Assembly: GCA_009602735.1 (NCBI GenBank)
Contig: WELA01002202.1
Coordinates: 124,001 to 166,795, forward strand
DNA: 42,795 nt
Reading direction: 5' to 3'
From: Mesotaenium endlicherianum
Lineage: Eukaryota
Within the stretch, counting starts at the first letter, position 1. The number at the start of each line of letters is the position of its first letter. This document shows positions 36,310-42,795 of the stretch, piece by piece. The position numbers were made by a program, and so were the translations under genes. The notes beneath the pieces were generated by a model. It saw only the letters and a list, made by a program, of their open reading frames with translations, did no database searches and had not been told where the DNA came from.

Positions 36310-38879
36310 GCATAGGGCATGCAGTGTTGGCTATCAGGTACAGTTCTTGCAAGTGAGAGGGGGAGAGAGAGACAACCCAGCTCGGTTCGACTTCCTCCTC
36401 AAACGGAGCAAGCACTTTGCCCCTGCAAGGTTGCATCATGGCGGCACGGGCTCAGTGGTGCTGACGTTCGGATGAGCGAGAGGCGCTCCAGGGGGGTGTA
36501 GGCTTGGCCCGAACACAGACGAGGCTGCACCCTCTGAGACCCTCCCCTCCTCTGGCAGCAATTGAGCCAAGGGAGGCTGCCGTACGACACCCAGGACCCT
36601 CTTCCCAACAACAGACTGAGATTTACACCCCGCTCCCCCGTGCACGCGCCCCATTGCGTGCGTGTGTGCGTGTCTGCTTGCATGCGTGCGTGTGTGATTG
36701 TGCACGCGCGCGCCAACACAGACTCACGAGGGAGCTTGTGAATGCACGTCAATCACCCGGGACACTCCCTTGCCCACCAGTCAGCAGTGCCCCTCCACCG
36801 ATGTCCCTGACCCTGCCGCGACTCCCTCTCGACTCGCGAGGCTCGCGAGTGAGTGGCTGCGCGCGTGCTGGCTTCACATCCCCAGAGGCAGCTCCCAAGG
36901 GGCCCAGGTCTAGGGACTAAGCTCTGAGGTCTAAGGCCTCGGGGTCTCGAGTCTGGGCTCGACCCTGGCTAGGCTGTAGGGCTGAGGGTTTATGGCCATG
37001 GGCTTCACAAGGTCTGGTCGGGTTTTGGCGAGTCGCCTAGCAGAAGCAGCACTGGGGTCCATGACGGCCCAGAATGACGAAGGAGAGAAAGTGGCGCGTT
37101 TGGCGTGCGAGGGATGAGAGTGCTGGGAGGCGAGTGGGGGAGGGGAGCCGTCTAAAAGAGAGATACCTGCGGTTTAGATAGTACGATCTTGCGCCGTTGG
37201 GAATGAACCCGGCAGTAGTGGCTAGGCTGAGCAGGTTGTACACGATGCCACTTGCCGTATCGGGCATTCCGCTCACCAGAAGGCCCCTGCTTGTTCGCCC
37301 ACCCTCGCCCAGCCCCCACCACACACCATACACCCCACACCGCACACCACGCAGGGGGTTTCAGCCTCCCCTGAGCATAAATGATATGATGATGAGTTCA
37401 CCCAAAGTGATGTCTTAGAGGGACCGAGGCTGGGGCGCCTGGGGGTGCCGATGAGAAGCAGGCGTGAAAGAGCGAGAGCCTCAAAAGGGCGAGGGTTGCC
37501 ACGTATAGGGAAAATATGTTGCATGCCCAGGCTATCAAGATTCCTGTTGCGTGGTAGAGGGGAGGGAGAATGGGCGTCTGCCGCTACAGCAGACGAGGAC
37601 AGCAGCACCGGCAGCAGCAGCCGCCACGTTGCTGAGATTGCAATGATAGCATGGCCACATGCAGAAATTCTTCCTCCCCTACCCCTCCCACTCGCCCTCC
37701 TCCACCCCCCTTCCCCTCCCACTCCACTCCACTCCACTCCACTCCCTGTGTCGCTGTTTGTGTGTGTGTGTGTGCGCGCGCACGCGCATGCGTATGTGTG
37801 CGTGTGAGTGTGTGTGTGTGCATGCGTGCACCTGATGACCCAGTAGGAGTCCCAATAATAAACTTCTCGGAATCTCGCCCCCGGAATCATCATCGCGTTG
37901 GGCAGCTTGATCAGGGAGTGCTTCTCAGGATCTGACTCCACAGATGCAGCCACTTGGCGGCACAGCTGCAGCCAGATCTGGTGCACAGCAAGCGCCCAGG
38001 CCCGGGCCTCTCCCTCGACATGGGGCAGGAAGCTGGCAGGGGCACTGCCGAAATCTGCAGGGGTGTGGGGCTCCAGGTCGCTTCCAGGCTCGTCAAAGTA
38101 GGACTTGAGAAAGCTCTGCACATCCTCTGGTCGCCCCACCACCAACAAATCACAACACATCTACGCCTTCAGAGCCATCCCTGCTGGTAGAGGCAGGTGG
38201 GATCTACCAAGGTCTATACTGTGCTGTGTTGTGATACCAGTAGGTAAGAGTGGAAGGAAAGGTGAAACAGGGTGTTTGCAGAGGGTCAGAGTGAAGAAGT
38301 CATCCATGAGTTGGAGAGACGGGGAGTCCAGAATTGCGTGAGGCCAGGCCAGAATGACATGTTGCTGCATGCTAGCTGACTGGGGAAGTTCAAGCTGAAG
38401 GTGCGTATACGCACTGCCATGTGAGATGCATTTTGTCAAGTTACACCTGAACTCCTCGTCCAGCTTGTACGAAAGCCACTGCGCTGTTTGTTTGACACAT
38501 GTCCAATCTCAGGGGCTTGAGAGTGAGACCTGACTCAGCTAGAGCATCTAGTCTGTGTGTCTCAATGAGCAGTAGTTTCAGACTCCCAGGAGATATACAC
38601 TTTACATGCCTGCCACGTGGCATGCATCCTTTCGCTTGGATTAAGAGAAAATAGGGGAAATGACACCATTCACATGATGACCGTGACATATCTGGTGACA
38701 GGTATTTTACCTGGGGTTCTGTCTGTTTTACTGAGGACTGCTTGGAAAGCTTCCGTTATCACCTGAGCCGTGTATTTCAGAGGCATATCAACAATTGACT
38801 TCTGGTCGTCAAAGACACCAGCTTCATTCAAAAATCTGAGAATGTCTTCATGTGCCCATATACCTCCTGCCCTTGTCAT
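30070..38879 (-). CDS. TRE1: Trehalase (glycoside hydrolase family 37); exons 38879-38711, 38126-37832, 37286-37167, 36258-36143, 35567-35467, 34871-34765, 34138-34066, 33569-33408, 32406-32307, 31419-31320, 30900-30687, 30189-30070; about 558 aa
   Basis: DQKSIVDMPLK, PGARFREVYYWDSY, GFIPNGARSYYLNRSQPP, PRPESY, SAAESGWDFSSRW, IIPVDLN, ASNYTPLW, GGVATSL..TGQQWDYPNAWAPLQ, MHEKYD, GGGGEY, GFGWTNG. Both trehalase signatures and the catalytic Asp/Glu are present; exon phases are consistent. Confidence 0.95.
36271..36306. repeat. (CA)n microsatellite just upstream of a trehalase splice acceptor ((GT)n on the transcript strand)
   Basis: About 18 uninterrupted CA units; other CA/GT tracts near 24235-24310, 35990-36010 and 37760-37820. 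Confidence 0.95.
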
Positions 38880-40017
38880 TTAATACGTGCAAAATACAGG
38901 TATAGCCCCTAGAAGCGCTTTGAGGGGAAATTTGAAGGGTAGACGAGCGGTTAATCGGATGATAAAATGCAGAAACAAACTATTAGATTTCGGCAAAAAG
39001 CTTCAGAGGATAAGGAACTGAGAAGCTCAGGAGTACATATTTAAATGTAAGTATGACAATATCACATGTTCATTCTCAAAAAGCATAAATGCCTCCCCCC
39101 TCTTTGATTTTTTTAAAGCGAAGTTTCCAGCTCAAGCCCAGTTGACAGTATTCTCTCGTCAGAACTATAGTCCGAGCTGGCAAAGGGCTTTTCCGAACTC
39201 AGTCACGTCTGTGAAGTGCTGAAAAGCCCCCTAAGAACCACATGTACATGACCAGTGGCTTCCGAGACGGACGTCGAAGAGGATAGGGATATAAGTTGTG
39301 GAATGGCGTGGATTGTAGGGATGCATGGAAGTAGAACCAAGCAGGACGCACAAGAATGCTCGAGGTCACTTGCTATTGTCCCGATCGCTTACTTGCTTGC
39401 TGGCTCTGCTGGTCAGCTGACTACCACTTTTCCTGTTCCAAACGCACTTGGGATTCGACGTGGATTTTCTTTTTTTCTTTGTATTGACAATTATTAACAT
39501 CCATTCAAGTCTACATATCCACATTTATACTGATCTGTGCACATCCGATGCATAGAATTATAATTTAAATTGCTCAGAACAATTTTGAGCAATTTCCTCA
39601 CGGCTGTTTCGCTTTGTTTATTGTGGCCTACACCATGGCAGCACCTGGCATTGCCTGGCCATACCAAATGCGCACTAACGCGGGAGACGTCGTACGCTGG
39701 AACTGCGTCATCTGGACCAATCTGCACCTCCATTCATCTCTTTTCGTGAAAGGTGGTCCCATGCACTCGATGCAAATCCATGTGCTGTGGTCCCAACTCC
39801 CATGTACAAAGGTGTTGGGATGTAGACCTTGCTCTGAGGGAAAATATTTAGTGTCTCTTAAGGAACTTGGTAATCAATTTGGCGTGCAAATTGGCTTGTA
39901 AAATAGGTCCGGCCCACAACATAGTTGACGACATAGTTGTGAAAGACAGCTCGTAGCTGCACATTGCTCTTCCATTCACGAGCTTTTGCAGTATATCCTT
40001 CACAATCTACACGCAAC

Positions 40018-42660
40018 ATGGCTTCGTACCGCAGAATCAGCAGCATTGCTGCGCACTTACAACCAGAAGCGTGCAGGAATGATCGTCAACAGGTAGTTCT
40101 TTTTTTTTTGAAAATACCTCGTGAGTTTTTTTCTCTCTGCATAATTTGGTCGTTCATTAGTTGGAAATAAGGACCTTTTGTACCCATATTTTTTTCATGA
40201 GCGAAGTTATAGTACTGAAGAGCGGCTGACGCAGTTGACATGTTACTCTGTTCAGGAACCCTCAGCTTCTATATCCATGGAACGGACGAGAGCAAAAGGT
40301 GCCGCCAGCGGATATAGAGTCGCCATTCTTGGCGCAGCTGGTGGTATTGGCCAGCCACTCGCTCTGCTTTTGAAAATGAACCCGGCAGTCTCAGTCCTCC
40401 ATCTGTACGATGTTGCCAACACTCCTGGCGTTACAGCGGACTTGAGCCACACCAATACTTCCGCTGTGGTACATTTTCTACCTCTAAGCAACTTAACAAG
40501 CAGAACATGATAAAAAGTGGGAGTTCACTCCTGAAGATAAATTAGGCCACGTTCCTTCACGACTAAGAAAGTTGTCATGGCATGCAGCTGGTCTATGCTA
40601 ATGTCGTGAAGTTCTGAACATGAGGGAAACCTAGTGACCACTTTTTTAATAATTGTAGAGCACTATAGTTCAGATTTTAGTCTTTTTGGGCTTCATTGTA
40701 CTGCCTACTGCCTACCGGCAGTGCATGATTGCTAAACCAAGCAGGGGCGAGCCCTGTTGGTTTGTATCTTGGTACTAGAAGCTTTCTGCTACAGCTGTGA
40801 CTTGTGTGAAAAATAAGCCGTTTAACGGGTGCTAGGAAAGGGACAGACCAGTGCCTCCGGCTCCTGCCTCTGACTTCTGCTGCAAGGCAACTTAAACTGG
40901 TCACACTCATTGCTGTAGTGAAAGAGCTCGAGCATTGGCCCAGTATGCTCCTGAATTCTGAAGCTCTTGTTCAAAAAACAAAAATGGTCACCAACAGGTG
41001 CGGGGCTTCATCGGCAAAGACCAGCTGGGGGCCGCCCTCGACGGAATGGACCTCGTGGTGATCCCGGCGGGCGTGCCCCGCAAGCCCGGCATGACAAGGG
41101 ACGACCTCTTCAACATCAACGCTGGCATTGTCCGCACGCTCGCCGAGGGCATCGTGCGGCACTGCCCCCGGGCTGTCGTGAACATCATCAGCAACCCCGT
41201 GAACTCGACGGTGCCCATCGCGGCGGAGGTCTTTAAGCAGGCGGGCACGTACGACCCGCGGAGGCTCCTGGGAGTCACCACCCTCGACGTGGTCCGCGCA
41301 AACACCTTCGTGGTGAGTGACGACGATCCGCTCCTCCGATCGTAACTGACCGACGATTGGCGTGAGAGGTGAGAGAGGTCTGTCTGAGCAGGGCCAGCTC
41401 GCGCTCTTCTCGTTCTGACCATGGGAAAAAGCGTACGGAGAGCCGCGGGCATGTGTCTGCTGCTGCCATGGCTACAAAGGGTGTTTCTGCACAATTTTGA
41501 GTGATAACAGCTTCGATTGCGCATTTGCTCTTCTTGTTGCGCGGCTGCCGCTGTGCCTGCTCTCCTTGCCACCTGGTCACGGCACTAGGTCCTCGAGTTC
41601 GGCACCAGTATTATGAGGAGGTGTTCTCTGACTTTTTGCAATTGCTGTTTCTAGTAGAGCATGCAGCCAGCAGCCAGGCGGTGACATTTTGGCTTGGCAT
41701 GCACGGACTTTCTCTGCCCTGTCCTTACTTCACCACGCGCTCGCCATTGCTCCGCACTGTAGCCTGGGGCCAGCGGGAGGGCTTCTGGGAGAGGGAGGGA
41801 GAAAGAAAGAAAGTTCTTCCCCGTCGTGATTGTCTGCTCTGAGGGGAAACGATCTGTGGCGCTGATGGCGCCGGGCCCTTGCTGCTGCTGCTGCTGCCGC
41901 GGGCGTGAGGGAGGGAGGGAGGGAGGGAGCAGGCGGAGGTGATTGGTGTGGACCCCCAGGAGGTGAGCGTGCCCGTCATCGGAGGCCATGCGGGCGTCAC
42001 CATCCTGCCCCTGCTCTCCCAGGTAGGTGTGCGGCAAGGCACTGCCAGTCGGTGGCTGGCTGGCTCAATCATCTTCCCCCCGCAGCCTCTTGAGCCTCGT
42101 GCAGGCAGAGGCGGACTCCACCTCCAGATGATCACAAGCGGGACAATTCTTAGTGGGAGAGTCGGCTTTCGAGGTCGGGCGTGCCCTGAGCGATATGATG
42201 AGACCTGCTGGAGGGTAGTTGCTTCTGTGAGCCAGAACAAGGCAGATACCATGGTGATTTTTTCGGTGGGGGGACGGGGGGCAAAGTGTAGCAGTTCTGA
42301 ATCCATCAGGCCTGCATAAGTGAGCGCGCCAGACCCACAAAACTCGCCTCCCTCTGGCGATCAGGTCTGCCGAGAGTCTGTCTGCTGCGTGTTTCCAAAG
42401 GTCCGTCGAGTCCCCATCTCTTTCTTGGCTGGTATGCTGGGAGCTTGATCGTCCAGGCAGCAGCTGCAGAGGGTCTCAGGAGAGGGAGGCCTGCTGTCAA
42501 CGAGACTGGTCCGGAGAGACAGCTGGGCATGACGCAGTGGAGGGGGTTGCATGTGGGGCTGCTGGGGGGGCTGCAGGCAACTCCCAGCTTCACATTCACA
42601 AAGGAGGAGACGGAGTACCTCACCAACCGCATCCAGAACGGCGGCACGGAGGTCGTGGAG
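40018..42660 (+). CDS. PMDH: Peroxisomal/glyoxysomal NAD-malate dehydrogenase with PTS2, 3'-partial; exons 40018-40092, 40256-40468, 40998-41312, 41933-42022, 42577-42660, continuing past the window
   Basis: N-terminal RISSIAAHL fits PTS2 (R-I-x5-H-L). Also [96 protein letters not shown]. All joins are phase-0 GT-AG. Confidence 0.96.
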
Positions 42661-42795
42661 GTCAGTGGGACCAGTCCCCAGTCAGAGCTCTTCCAGCTGC
42701 TGCTGCTGATGCTGCTGCATGCTCCACTCACTCAGCTGGCGCAAGATAGGAGAGCCTAGGGCCGTTTCAAGGGGGGGTGTGAGGGGGGTGAAAGG

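Overview
Eukaryotic nuclear DNA, not prokaryotic. It has spliceosomal GT-AG introns and plant-type genes; a streptophyte green alga is my inference from protein similarity and GC-rich introns. It is a draft assembly with N gaps at 600, 9975, 17784, 21586-22191, 24038-24161, 31436-31785 and 34616-34703. Left to right: (1) the 3' end of a Ty3/Gypsy chromovirus (integrase tail, chromodomain, polypurine tract, probable 3' LTR containing a dead integrase fragment); (2) a 4-exon PEPKR-like Ser/Thr kinase without EF hands; (3) a near-identical second copy of 1479-9450 at 9976-17783, bounded by single Ns and probably an assembly artefact; (4) a minus-strand F-box gene with one exon apparently lost in a gap; (5) a divergent 8-exon ORC5 gene with two large insertions; (6) retrotransposon debris; (7) a 12-exon GH37 trehalase on the minus strand with one GC-AG intron; (8) a divergent PTS2-bearing peroxisomal malate dehydrogenase running off the window. 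I found no CRISPR array, RNA gene or new multi-gene system. The most unusual signal is intron architecture: many introns have C-rich or CA-rich 5' ends and G-rich or GT-rich 3' ends in place of a polypyrimidine tract, which suggests structure-assisted splicing. Exon models were built by hand from reading frame, splice dinucleotides and remembered family motifs; no searches were run.
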